From: Macrostomum hystrix
Lineage: Eukaryota > Animalia > Platyhelminthes
Assembly: GCA_950097015.1 (NCBI GenBank)
Contig: CATNEN010000003.1
Span: forward strand, 2,232,001 to 2,296,000
Direction of reading: 5' to 3'
DNA: 64,000 nt
Shown here: in pieces, positions 12,065 to 23,029 of the stretch
Layout: each line of letters starts with the position of its first letter
Position numbering within the stretch: the stretch's first letter is position 1
Made by a program: the position numbers and the translations under genes
Notes under the pieces: model-generated
What the model was told of the DNA's origin: nothing
Databases searched by the model: none
Seen by the model: the letters and a program-made list of their open reading frames with translations, nothing else

Positions 12065-13748
12065 GATAGTAGAGGAGGCACGGTACACCAGAGAAGTGTA
12101 CTGAATGTGTAAATTCGTGTAAATATGTGCTGTCTATAGTCGTCACAGTTGTCACAAGTGCTAAGAAGTTCTGAAAAAGAAAACACAAAAATAGTGAGTC
12201 AAGGATTTAATAAATGGGCACACGGCCGTAGAAATTATGTGCTCCAATACCTACTCAGTAGAAAAAGGAGTAGTGTGTGAAGAAAATTTAGAAGTTATGG
12301 TAGTTTAAATAAAGGCATCCAATGTTATAAGAAAGAATCTGTCTATAGGAGAAAGTGTTATAAGTCGGGCATGTGAAATTAATTATTAAGAAATCTCTGA
12401 ACGAATTGTTAGTAGTTGGCTTGCTCCAATGAAGTACAGCAATTTTGAAGGGGAAGAGCAATGTAACGTCACAATTTAACGAAGAGTGTGAAGAAATGAG
12501 GAGTGATTTCTCTCTGAAAGAGTTATTAGTAGCTGACATGTTTCAGTGAATTAAGGTAACTCAGAAGGGGAGGTGAAGTTTTCGGAATGTTCCTGGATTG
12601 AAGTCCAGAAGCCCAGAGAGTAGTAGACTCTGGGAAAGTCATTGACAAGTTGTGAAGTCATGACTAAGTGATCAGTTCCAAAAGGCTGAGAAGAAGGCGC
12701 AGTGCTGATCTGAGGGATCAGATGTAGAGCCAGTGTTGTGGAATTTTGTAGAGGCACAAAGGTTGCCTGAAGTGGCCTACCTGAAGAAAGACACACTGTG
12801 GCCTGATGATCAGATGAGGACTGTGTTGTGATGTGAATAGGCATGATTGTGGCCTGAAGTAAGAAGTGAAGAGGCACAGGAGATTGCCTGAAGAGGTCTA
12901 TCTGAATAAGGGCGCTGTTATGGCCTGAAGTATATTTAAGAAGAGGCAAATGATGCCTAGAGAAATGAGAGGAGACTCGTGTGAAATTGGAGAAGGCACG
13001 TGGCCTAAAGATAATCAAATAAGAAATTATGTAAACAAAGTAATAGATTAGAGAAGGCAGATGAGTCAACATGAATAAATTAGGAAATTGGATATTGCCC
13101 GCATGTCAGTTAATTTAAGTGACAGATGGTCGATAAGTAAATATTAATGAGCACCTTCCTAGTTGTGAGAATTGATTAAAAAGAGTGAGGTGATGAAGAA
13201 GAATATGTGACAACTGTGCGACATATTATGTAAATAGTTATGTAAACACGCCTTAAACGTTGTGAAATTAGTATTAAATGTTGTCTTTGAATATTTCTGT
13301 TGTATAAACTGAAAGAAAATAAGTTATGCGTGCTACTGTGAGTAAACGTGGGAGCACACTTAAGCTCAATATCCTCGCCATTAGAAAGGGTGAGAGTGAT
13401 GACGTAACCACTTTCCCATAAGGATCAGTGCTAATTAGTTTCTAATTGCGGATTAAAAGCATTAAAAAGCGATTATCTCATGAAATAATGAAGCTAGAAA
13501 GGTGATTCAAAATCAGCAATAATCTACGGAAAGAGATCTTTAAAAAGACACCAACCTTGTTAAGAAAGGTTGAGAATTGCTCATAAAATCGTAAGCCACA
13601 AGATCAAGGCTAAAAATCAAGTGTCAAAAGTAAGAGGTGGGGCGCGAAAGACCTTTGAATAGGTCCAGTTTTTGGCCCCGGGGAGTATAAATAACGGATT
13701 AGTTGGACCCCTGGAGAGACATGTTGTGAACAAACAACGCCATCGAAA

Positions 13749-14693
13749 ATGAACAACGGCGAGGAAGAAAATCAGCATGAGCCGGACGAGATCGAGGCAT
13801 TCCTAAAGGCGATTCAGGAAGACTACGATTTTCTTGAAGATGAGAATATGCCTGCCGAGGCTCCCGAGAGGCAGCCCACAAGACCGAGACCGCCTTCCGG
13901 CGGCAACAGAAGCAGCAGTAGCGGCGGTGGCAGCAGCAGTGGCGGCGGCGGCGGCAGCAGCGGCGGCGACAGAGGCAGCAGTGGCGGCGGCGGCAATAGA
14001 GGCGGCAGCGACGGCGGCGGCGGCAGCAGCAGCAGCGGCGGCGACGGCAGCGGCAGCGGCAGTGGCAATGTCAGCGGAGGAAAAAGGGTGCGCCTAGACA
14101 TGGAAGCGCGACCTGTGCCCGGTAACACAGCCACAGCCGCCAAAAGCCGCAAACAGCTGCTATCCGAGCAAGCGGCTACGTTAGTAACGACAGCTGTGCG
14201 CGCCGACGGCTTGTCCTGCAGTCGGCAGTTATTGGCTCAGCCAGATCTGCGAAGGCAGCTGGCTAGTCGGCAATTCGTGTCAAGTGTGGAGCCGCCGACC
14301 CAGCAGCAGCCGCAGCCTCCGGCAGAAGCAGGTCCCACGGACTATCGGAACAACACTCGGGCGCTAATTCTTCAGCATGGTGTCCCCATTGAGCGGAGCA
14401 GACATGCTCTGGTGCAATACCTGCTGCGTATTGCCTTTCTGCGAACTGATGTGGCCTTGCCGCAGCGGGCCCAGGTGTGGCCGGCCATCAGAGTCCTACG
14501 CGAACGGATGTCGAGGACCAACTCCATGACAATTGTACGAGATGTCTGCGCCACCGTCAGGAGGGCCATTGCTGCGGATGGCCGGACCGCATTCCGGCAG
14601 CTTCTGGCCATCGAGGTTCGGTGGGTGAGCCAGCAGCTCGGCTGGCCTTTTTACCGGGAACTGCCGGAGCCGTGCGATTTTGACCAGGCCTAA
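13749..14693 (+). CDS. Unknown 314-aa cargo protein in the 3' (env-like) position of the non-autonomous LTR element
   Basis: Clean ATG-to-stop ORF, GC-rich in an AT-rich element; TATAAATA at 13686; acidic N-terminus, Gly/Ser linker, GKRVRL basic motif, complex C-terminal domain of about 170 aa. Confidence 0.75.
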   Translation: MNNGEEENQHEPDEIEAFLKAIQEDYDFLEDENMPAEAPERQPTRPRPPSGGNRSSSSGGGSSSGGGGGSSGGDRGSSGGGGNRGGSDGGGGSSSSGGDGSGSGSGNVSGGKRVRLDMEARPVPGNTATAAKSRKQLLSEQAATLVTTAVRADGLSCSRQLLAQPDLRRQLASRQFVSSVEPPTQQQPQPPAEAGPTDYRNNTRALILQHGVPIERSRHALVQYLLRIAFLRTDVALPQRAQVWPAIRVLRERMSRTNSMTIVRDVCATVRRAIAADGRTAFRQLLAIEVRWVSQQLGWPFYRELPEPCDFDQA

Positions 14694-16764
14694 TTGTCTA
14701 ATTATGGACTATAAATTTAGTACCTATTACATTTTATAATTTTTTTTGCGTTGGTGTCGTATTTTTAGGTGTCGTGTCTTGTATTAATGTTGTAATTTTT
14801 CTTTTTGTATTTCTGTAAAAAAATTCTCACTCATGTTTTTATTCCAATTTTTTAAAAAGAGAAGGCAGGTTGTAATAGGTCTATTTTTCTGCATTATAGC
14901 TGGTGATGGTTTTCTTTTTATTTTCTCGCGCTACAAAATTTTATTACATATTTTATATACATATAGTATATTACATATTATAAATATTTTATATACTTTA
15001 TATAGTTTAGTAAATATGCGTTATTAAAACAAAGTTGATAAATGCTATATAAGCATGAAGTTTGTCGTGGTGATAATACAACCCGCCAGTGAGCCAGAAA
15101 AGGCAATATCTGAGTAAAAGGATCTATTTGAATAAAGCAAACGTGTTGTGTTAGTTATTGAGGAAACACATTTAGTGCGAAACCGAGGATTGAGGCTGTG
15201 ACCCTCTGATCCTGGAGAAACGCCCAGCAGAGACTGGAGAATAAGAGACCAGTGCCTTAGAGGGATAAACCGCTCGTGCCAGTGCAGAAGCGCTACCTAG
15301 GAGAATCGCACAACGTAAGAGTTGTGGTGTTAAAACGGCCCTTTTCAGGGCCACCGAGTTAAAGACATACGGAGAACGTGAACAGTAGAGAAGGAGATAA
15401 AAGAATAGAAGAGGCCAAAAGATACGCTACCAAGAAAGAGAAAAAAGTAGAGTGAGAAGCCCTGTTACACATGTGATGATGTAAAGACGTTTTCACAAAG
15501 GAATGCTAACACCAGACACATAAAGGAGAGTTAACATGCACAATAAGCCTGGCCAATGGGTATCAGCATCACCCAAGGCCTCCCATGCACAACCAGCGCT
15601 GACACGAGGACAAGATTGTTTCAAACAGGAAACAGCCAAAAATGGGAACCTGCTGAACAAAACCACTGCGTGCAGTACTGCCATCGGCATAAACAATCGC
15701 CGGAACGAATCAATATTAGAAAGAAGCAATAGTAATGAAGACTTACAGTAAGAAATAAATAACTAAAACATTCAAAAATTAGTCCGCGTTAGTCCCCGTT
15801 ATTCATCTTAGCTTTGCAGCTGATCCGATTGCTTCGCTACTACAGATCTAACTTCGAGCTCCAAAGCTGATTGGCACGCACTTCATGAATTTCAGTCATA
15901 ATTGGTCAGAAGATCCAGCGGAGTCTCGTGGAATCCGCGTCCTGGCGTGGTCGCCAATGTAGCTGGAACGATTTAAATTATATTTTTTCGAATTATCTTA
16001 CTACGAAAGACTCGTATTTATTGCTTATATCAGCGCAACGCTCGCCCGCGACGCACACGAAAAAGACGTGAATATGACTTTAAAATATAAAGGGATTAAC
16101 ATACATTATAACAAAGATAATAACTAGATAAATACATTACTTAAATAAACCAGCGCACCATTTTGAGGGAAAGGGACAATAATGTTACAATTTAGTAAAC
16201 TAAGTTCTAAGTTCTCCCTCCCACACACCGTTCTCGCTAACTTAGTAAAATATCATGTTACTGAAAACCCACAAGCTTCTTAAGGCAGTACGTGTATTTC
16301 ATTAACCCTTCAAAGTCAAGAAAATCTAGCTACAAAGATCTATACTTTGTTCAAAATTTAATTTTTTTCAATTTTATTTAAAAATTTTCACTTGTGATGT
16401 TTACCGAATGATGAAATTCAATAATAAAAGCTCTATACCTATGCAATCAAATCTTATCATTGCTACGTGCCGTCAAAATAGCTTTCAACTGTTGACTCAA
16501 ATTACATTTTAACCTATAGCAAATTAAATTAGTTTCCACATAAAAAGCTTCGTGCAGTTGCTATAAATAGATGAGCTTCAACAATTGACTATAATTTCCT
16601 TAATGACTTTGACTTGTGAACAAATTAGTTTAATTTCTATCATAAAAGCATCGTGCAGTTACTATCATCAGGTGATTCGTTTTCGATTCGCTTCTATAAA
16701 TACAAGTTTCAAAATTTTGGTCTTTTCACGAGCTTTCTAATCACTACACCAGCTAGCAGCAAGA

Positions 16765-17686
16765 ATGTCTTACTACGCAGCTGAATCACTGCTAAAGTCT
16801 AACATGAGACCTATCTTCCACATTGGCGAGATCGAGTCGACAGTCAACGGTTCGTGTTTGTTTCGATCGGTGGGTTGGAAGTCAGGTCCAGAGGCAAAGG
16901 GCTGGCACCCGATCATCTTCCAGTCCGCCGGACCAGTTGAGCTACTTCGAGGCATCACCGAGCGAGCGGAATACGAGGCAGCTAGCAAGAATGACTCACG
17001 CGATGTCATCGGCATAACGTTTAGAAAGGAGTGTTGTGATCAGGATTTAGTCGACTGTCTTCGGTGAGTATAATTATGTGTTTTACATTTCCTCATAAAG
17101 CTTGTATTTGTCACTAGTAACCTACCTCATAGTTCTTATAACCAAATTGTAGAGTCTAAGCAACAAAACTTAGACACGAAATTAAATTATGCATTTAGAA
17201 TGGAACTAGAGTTTGTTCTCCCTACAACTAATATTTACCTTCAATTCAACCAGCACACAAGTGTACAGGTTATAATTTTGTAAATTGCTGCAGCTTTTTA
17301 TCTAGCGAATAATTTTTTCCTAAACTCAAGCAGCGTCTAACTTGGATTTTAATCCTCTCTTTTTATCCAGAGTTATAGAAAGAGGTATCGAAACTAAACT
17401 GTGTGAAATTGGCGATGGACGAACGTTAGTGCGACTAACGAAGTCATTGTCAGATGAAGTGGTGCTGAATAATAGGCAGCAGCAGTGGATCACAATCAAG
17501 GCAGCATACCCGTGCGCCACCTTCATGGTGAACGAAGCAAATCCTGACGGAGTCGAAGTTCCGCTGGCCAACTTCAAGGGTTTGAGCGGAAAATATCTAG
17601 TCTCGCTTCAAGGAGCGAGTCTGTTCTCTCCGAAAGGTAGCATCACGTGGAGGTTAACCTTGTGTGCGTTCGATAATTTTGATTAA
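16765..17686 (+). CDS. Two-exon gene (16765-17063 + 17371-17686, 204 aa), putative OB-fold ssDNA-binding protein
   Basis: Donor CG|GTGAGT, branch CTAAC at 17337, acceptor TTTTATCCAG|A; phases match (..DCLR-VIERGI..); TATAAATA at 16695. SSB function is inferred from the beta-rich pattern, C-terminal GSITWRL and position near PolB. Confidence 0.6.
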
Positions 17687-18062
17687 GGAGACCCGTCTGA
17701 CTCCCGATAACAGTATGTTCAGTGTAGTGCATCAGCATATCAAGACTGCGATTGGTGAGCACAGAAGCTCTTCTTCATCCAGAGCCGCTTCACCAAACCC
17801 AGCCAACAAGCAGAAAGCCCAAGTTCCCGCTCGAAGCCCATCACCAGCCAAGAAGCCTGCTGCGAAGAAGCGTTCCAAGCCGGTTACCAGCCCCGCAATC
17901 AAGACAAATAAGCGATCAAAGACGACTACTGACAAGATCGATTGGATTCACTCGCCACCAGCCAAGGCTTTGGTGAGTGCGCCGCAAGAAGGAAACGGAG
18001 TGGCGTCGAACTTAGACGACACAGACTCCGACTCTACTGATTCATTTTCTTCAGATGAGTAA
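17664..18062 (+). CDS. Lys/Ser/Pro-rich ORF with acidic tail; separate basic protein or frameshifted C-terminal tail of the upstream gene
   Basis: Overlaps the end of the upstream ORF; KKPAAKKRSK segment and terminal DDTDSDSTDSFSSDE. Confidence 0.45.
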   Translation: MRSIILIKETRLTPDNSMFSVVHQHIKTAIGEHRSSSSSRAASPNPANKQKAQVPARSPSPAKKPAAKKRSKPVTSPAIKTNKRSKTTTDKIDWIHSPPAKALVSAPQEGNGVASNLDDTDSDSTDSFSSDE

Positions 18063-18071
18063 ATCATTATT

Positions 18072-18797
18072 GTGACTCTTTGCAGAATAACTTCATTATT
18101 TGTATTTTTATTATGTTACCACCCATACGCTCGTATAGGCCTTAATTATTTCGCACGCCACTCGGTTATTCCAAATTTTTTATTAGCCGATAAAACTGTA
18201 AGCCCATTTTCACAAGTCCTTCCTTACTGTTTCCAGCGGCTTGTTCTCCTAATATTTAGCGCCAGTCTTCTAAATCCTAGGCAATGTGAGAATTTCGATT
18301 TGAGGCTAATCGAGTTAATTTTACAATCAAAGGGTTGTGCTTGCAAATTATTTCGAAACAGACCAACTATGCTAAAGACGTGCTTTTCCTATCTAACTGT
18401 TCAGTCTTATCCGAGTGGCAAAATTTCAATATTTGGTTGCTTGTCAAATTGGCAATTAATTTGTGCTTTACGCTTTATTAATGATAACCTTTACGCAATA
18501 GATTTCGACTCAATCAGACTTCAAACCAGTACCTATGTAGGTTTTATTGACGATTTTTATTGGCCAAATAACTGTTTTCAGCTGCTAAAATCAATGATCG
18601 GTCATCATTCAAACTATAAAATATCATACGATGATGAAAACTTTCCTCAAGCAGTTTCAATTCGATCAATTTCTAATCCTAAGCTTTTTTGTAACATATT
18701 TTTTTCAAAAAACTTTGTCATTATGGGTGTACAAGGAGAACAAGATTTGCAATTCGTGCTCAGTCTTCTTAAACACGCGCTGCAATCAATCTGTTAA
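18072..18797 (+). CDS. Divergent TATA-binding protein (TBP)-fold protein
   Basis: Two TBP-like repeats: FDLRLI...VQSYPSGKISIFGCLS resembles LDLKTI...ALIFSSGKMVCTGAKS, and IRLQTSTY...SYDDENFP...NIFFSKNFVIMG resembles FKIQNMVG...SYEPELFP...LIFVSGKVVLTG. True start uncertain. Confidence 0.7.
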   Translation: MTLCRITSLFVFLLCYHPYARIGLNYFARHSVIPNFLLADKTVSPFSQVLPYCFQRLVLLIFSASLLNPRQCENFDLRLIELILQSKGCACKLFRNRPTMLKTCFSYLTVQSYPSGKISIFGCLSNWQLICALRFINDNLYAIDFDSIRLQTSTYVGFIDDFYWPNNCFQLLKSMIGHHSNYKISYDDENFPQAVSIRSISNPKLFCNIFFSKNFVIMGVQGEQDLQFVLSLLKHALQSIC

Positions 18798-18985
18798 TCT
18801 GTTAATCAAATCGACCCTTTAAACCATCAATATTTCTTTCATTTAAAAACTAAGTACCTATTATCCTTCCTCTCGTTTTTTAAAAGACTTATATACCTAG
18901 TTTGTAAAGCAATTACACATTTCAATTTTTTCTATTCACTCATTAACCATTAACCTACTCATTTAATTACAGCCATAATGATCAA

Positions 18986-20925
18986 ATGCCTCGAGCAAGG
19001 TGCAATGTTTGCCAACGCGTTTTCAGCGGTCAGGCGGAACTGCATGCACACTCGCATGGCGAGTGCTTTGCGCCTGAAAACCTGCTCTCTGCACCCATTA
19101 ACCGTCTGACTAACAATCCTCCCAATGATTGGTCTGTTGTGCTACGCGAATCAAGCCACAAGGGACGTGTCAACTTTGTCGAATTCAGACCACAGCAACA
19201 ACAGCGGCTGCCTAGCGAACTGATTGCCAATCTTCGAGAACCGATATACAACCTCTTCGAAAGATTGGTTCAGCCGGTCTAGTGCTGCGAACCTGTGTCC
19301 ATCTGAAATTGAAGTTATCTCGTCCAAAGTCAGAAGATGGTGAGAGTATCGAAACAATTTCTGCCTACTTTAACACCAATATGGCGACAATAACATTTGA
19401 CGAGACGACAATGGCAAATAGTGACTTGACTCTATCACCAGACGCATTCAATGACTGGTTTTCGCGCGTAATCTCCACTCTAGTAACAAAAATTGACAAC
19501 TTCCAAACACGCGGTAGTAACTGGCAATTTGAGCACATTGAACAACTTGATCTAATGCTATGCATTTACCGCAAATCCAGAGCTCGATTAATCAATTCAA
19601 CCGAGCTTGGAGGTGGCGGAGGGGCCGGCGGGGGGCCCGCGCGGGCGCGGCGGCCTGATCCGAACGGACCGACCCGATCCGACCCGAAACGACAAGCCTT
19701 CAAGGTACCGATTTCTATTGGCCGAATGACTGGTGCAGTCTTGTACTTAAAGCCGCACAGAGCTAATCAGTTGGATTGTTTTCGTTGGGCTATTATCGCG
19801 AGTGTGTTTCATCCTTACACAACGAACCCGAGTAAAAAGTCGAGCTATGCGCAGTGGCAGGGAGAGTTCAACTTTGGCCGATTCGCAAATGGACCAGCTA
19901 GCCATTCCAAATCATCGTATAGAAAGTTTTGCCGCAAGAATCCTAAGCTTAGTCTCCGTGTCTTTGTCTGGAATCATGAAGAAAAGACTATTACTCTCTT
20001 CTTTTCACATCGAAGCAACAGTGAAGGTGATAGGTATTTTGCCAATTGCTTGTTTGTACCGCGTTACGGACAATTTGCGTTTGGTCATTACATGCCAGTC
20101 AAGAATTTGAATCGTTTAATGAGTACACGCAGCAAACAACGGAGGTTTTGTCCCGACTGCCTAGTTTCTTTTCCATGCATCACTTCTTGGGATTATATTT
20201 TAAATGTGCATTCTTGTGTAAATCATAATAATGAAAAGTCCACTACCATCGAAGAGTGGACTTCAGATGTTGTACCACAGATTCGCGAGACAAAGTATAA
20301 GCCAGTAGAAAGAATGCCACGAGAAGAGGATGCTCACGTCAAATTCAAGAGTTTTGAAGCTCAGCTACCGTCACTGTACGTCATGTATGCCGATATGGAG
20401 TGTCTTTGCGCGCCACCAGACAAGCATCAGGCGGTTAATGTGCTTGAGGTGCATGAACCGATTTGTTTAGCCTATCGATTAGTAACTTGTCCAGAACTGA
20501 AATTGACACCTCGCCTAAAGGCAGCTGTTGGCATGACCAGAGAGAAACCGTGTGAGGTGATTTACACACCACCAAATGGTGAGAATTGTGTTAGATAATT
20601 TTTGCGGCGACTTAAAACGATTGCTAGCGAAATTTGTCTACATGTACAAAGTGAATCCTACACTCCACTTTTGCGCAAGTATTTACATCTAAGCAAGTCC
20701 AAGGCATAGAATGCAGCGTGTCAATTGTGCAAGAAATCATTTAAAGAGGATGAAAAGAAGGTACTTGATCATTGTCACTTGACAGGTCTTCCACGTGGCG
20801 TGCTGTGTGTCTCTTGCAACAGGAAGTTGAGTCTTAGGCGCTATCGTCTCATTGTTTATTTTCATAACTTAGCCTCGTATGATGGCAAGTTTCTAGTGCG
20901 AGAAATTTATGAATTAGTCCCTTAG
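18986..20925 (+). pseudogene. Protein-primed family B DNA polymerase, N-terminal/exonuclease part, truncated
   Basis: N-terminal C2H2 finger, GSNW, DCFRWAI, HY..KNLNRL, ExoI YADMEC, EndoVII-type CxxC...DHCHLTG.PRG..C.SCN, ExoII FHNLASYD; one frameshift (about 19280), two in-frame stops; polymerase domain missing. Confidence 0.88.
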
Positions 20926-23029
20926 TCCCTAGGTCCCTAAGCAGCAGTGTTGGACACAAAGTGAAATTAAATTCTATTTGGATTCTTGTTTTTAATTTTA
21001 GATTTTTTGGCTTATTACTATAAGTAGTGAGTGTGGGCGTCACCACCCTATACGAGACTGGGTTGAGTCTATAACTTATACACAGACCACATAAGAGCCT
21101 GACGGTGTTTCTTGTTAGACTGGCCCCAGTGTGTTGCCTGTTAGACAGGGCTGGTTTCGAAGCGATATTGTTAGATATAGGTAGTATAATGCGAGTCCTT
21201 ATAGAATTTCATTTTGATAAAAAAGTCAGTTGCGTGCAAATTCTGTTACTGACAGTAGTCTGTCGTAGTTTTATGTTAGTCATATCGGAAGCGACCTTAC
21301 GAAAATCAGGAGTTTTATCGGAAAAAGTGAGCATTATTATAAAACAGAGTTCTTTAGCAAGGTTTTAAAGAAATTTTCTTGTTTTGTGCAACTCATTTCG
21401 GCAGCGATCCGATCGCTTCTGGTAAGACAGGCTAATGTTTTAAAATCTTACTTATCTAAATTTACTTCAATTTTCATAAGTTATCTAATCAGTTTTCGTT
21501 GTTAAAACGAATCCCCGAAGGACTGGGCGCGGATCAGTTTCGAGAAACTCTACCGCTGAATTTTAAAATATATTTGACCGTGTTAATTAAAAATTTACAA
21601 GTGATTCGATCTGGATAGTTTACGAATATTGAAAATAGAACAATAAAACAATAAAACAATAACTCAATATTTGGCAATATTTAGGCATGCATTGGGATAT
21701 AAAAAGGGAGAATATACAGGGGGAATCCCGCACAAAGAAGGGATCTAATAAAAAAGGGAAATCTAAAAGGCATGCGTGCAGGAATATTTGTGAGCGCAAT
21801 TAAAAGCTTTATGAATACTTGTTAAAGAAATATAGAAAATAACAGTAGTAAATTGAAACATAAAATGCGAATTTAAAAACATTTCTAGGCAATGCTGCAC
21901 ATTTGAAGTAGAAAAAATAAGCAAAACTAAAGACGAAGCATTTATTTGGGAATTAAAAACTCTTGTATATAAAAAGCTAGCAGTTCCTGAATAAAGAGCA
22001 CAAGTGACAATACTGCCATTAGTACTCATAGGCAATAAAAGACATTAAGTCAGTAGGAAAAGAGCGTAAAGAATGGAATAACAGACCAGCTGAGCACAGC
22101 TCACCAGCCCTCTTGAGCTCAGGCAGCTATTTAAATTTTATCTTAGTTTACTTTCAGGGCCATGGGTCTCAGAGACTGTTCAGCCCTGGATTGGGAGTGG
22201 GTTCTGCCTAGGGATGCCAACCGGTTTAAAAAAACGGTTTTTAGCAGGAAAACCGGTTCTAAAAAAACGTTTTTGTCCAGTTTTTTTGACGGCTTTGATT
22301 GGGTTTTTTATTTTAATTATGTCTCAGAGTCACAATTTTTGCACCTTGGAGAAAAAATAACTGGTAACAAAATTTTTCTAAATCGTTACTTTGTAACTTC
22401 ATAATCGTAATTCGTAGTTGTAGTTGTAGAGTCTGAATTCCTGAAAATAATATGAAAAACCTCGGAGTCCGCTGGACTCAGTAGTACTCAGTGTCAGCAT
22501 GGTAATTAAATAAAAATACATGTATAGAATTAGAGTTTATATAAGGCCTATTACGCATTTATATAAAGTAGAGTAGAGAGAATATAGTAATATACAGACA
22601 CAAAATAATATATATATTATATATATATATATGACAATATATATTTGAATTCTATTTTTTATGCAAAATAGAATAGTATATACTCGTAGTATATACTATA
22701 CATAAGTCTATCTATAGTCGTATAGAGTAATAGTAATGGGCCTCATAAAATACAGTTATATATTATATACATATACACTTGTCGAATGTAAGTTGTAGTT
22801 GTAAACTTGTAATTGTAGGCCAGTTAAGGTAAGTTTTAATGTAATTGTAGTCCAACTCAGTCTTTTCTTACTCTTAGTGGTCTTTAACTGTTTAGTATTA
22901 GTACTAGTCATATTAGCAGTATTAGTGGTACTGTATTAGTAAATTTAATAAAATGACTTGTATATTAATTGTATATCAATATAAAAATACTTGTATATTA
23001 AATTTATTTTTGTAATTTTGTCTCACAAA

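Larger units (their letters stand above)
11068..15469 (+). mobile_element. Young non-autonomous LTR retrotransposon nested in the TRIM
   Basis: 599-bp LTRs at 11068-11666 and 14871-15469 (TGTAAT...GTTACA; one substitution seen); TSD CATG; PBS TGGTGGCAGCGG at 11671; PPT AAAAAGAGAAGGCAGG before the 3' LTR; no RT or integrase. Confidence 0.95.
10381..16189 (-). mobile_element. TRIM-like miniature non-coding LTR element (outer element of a nest)
   Basis: LTRs of about 230 bp at 10381-10607 and 15958-16189 (TGTAGC...GTTACA) with several differences; TSD ATTT; minus-strand PBS TGGCGACCACG (15946-15956) and PPT (10608-10622); only about 0.94 kb of its own internal sequence. Confidence 0.9.
16500..20925 (+). 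mobile_element. Truncated Polinton/Maverick-like or endogenous DNA-virus cassette
   Basis: Co-oriented, tightly packed ORFs ending in a protein-primed PolB fragment; no TIR, capsid or integrase gene visible. Confidence 0.7.

Noticed and set aside
13749-14693. Calling the cargo ORF an envelope gene
   Set aside because: No signal peptide or transmembrane segment visible.
18072-18797. Calling this the host TBP gene
   Set aside because: Host TBP is extremely conserved; this ORF keeps only fold-level motifs and sits beside a pPolB.
20945-22080. CAGTGTTGG at 20945 resembling the MITE TIR; ORF 21105-21368
   Set aside because: No matching right TIR or TSD found and the ORF has no recognisable motif; region left unclassified.
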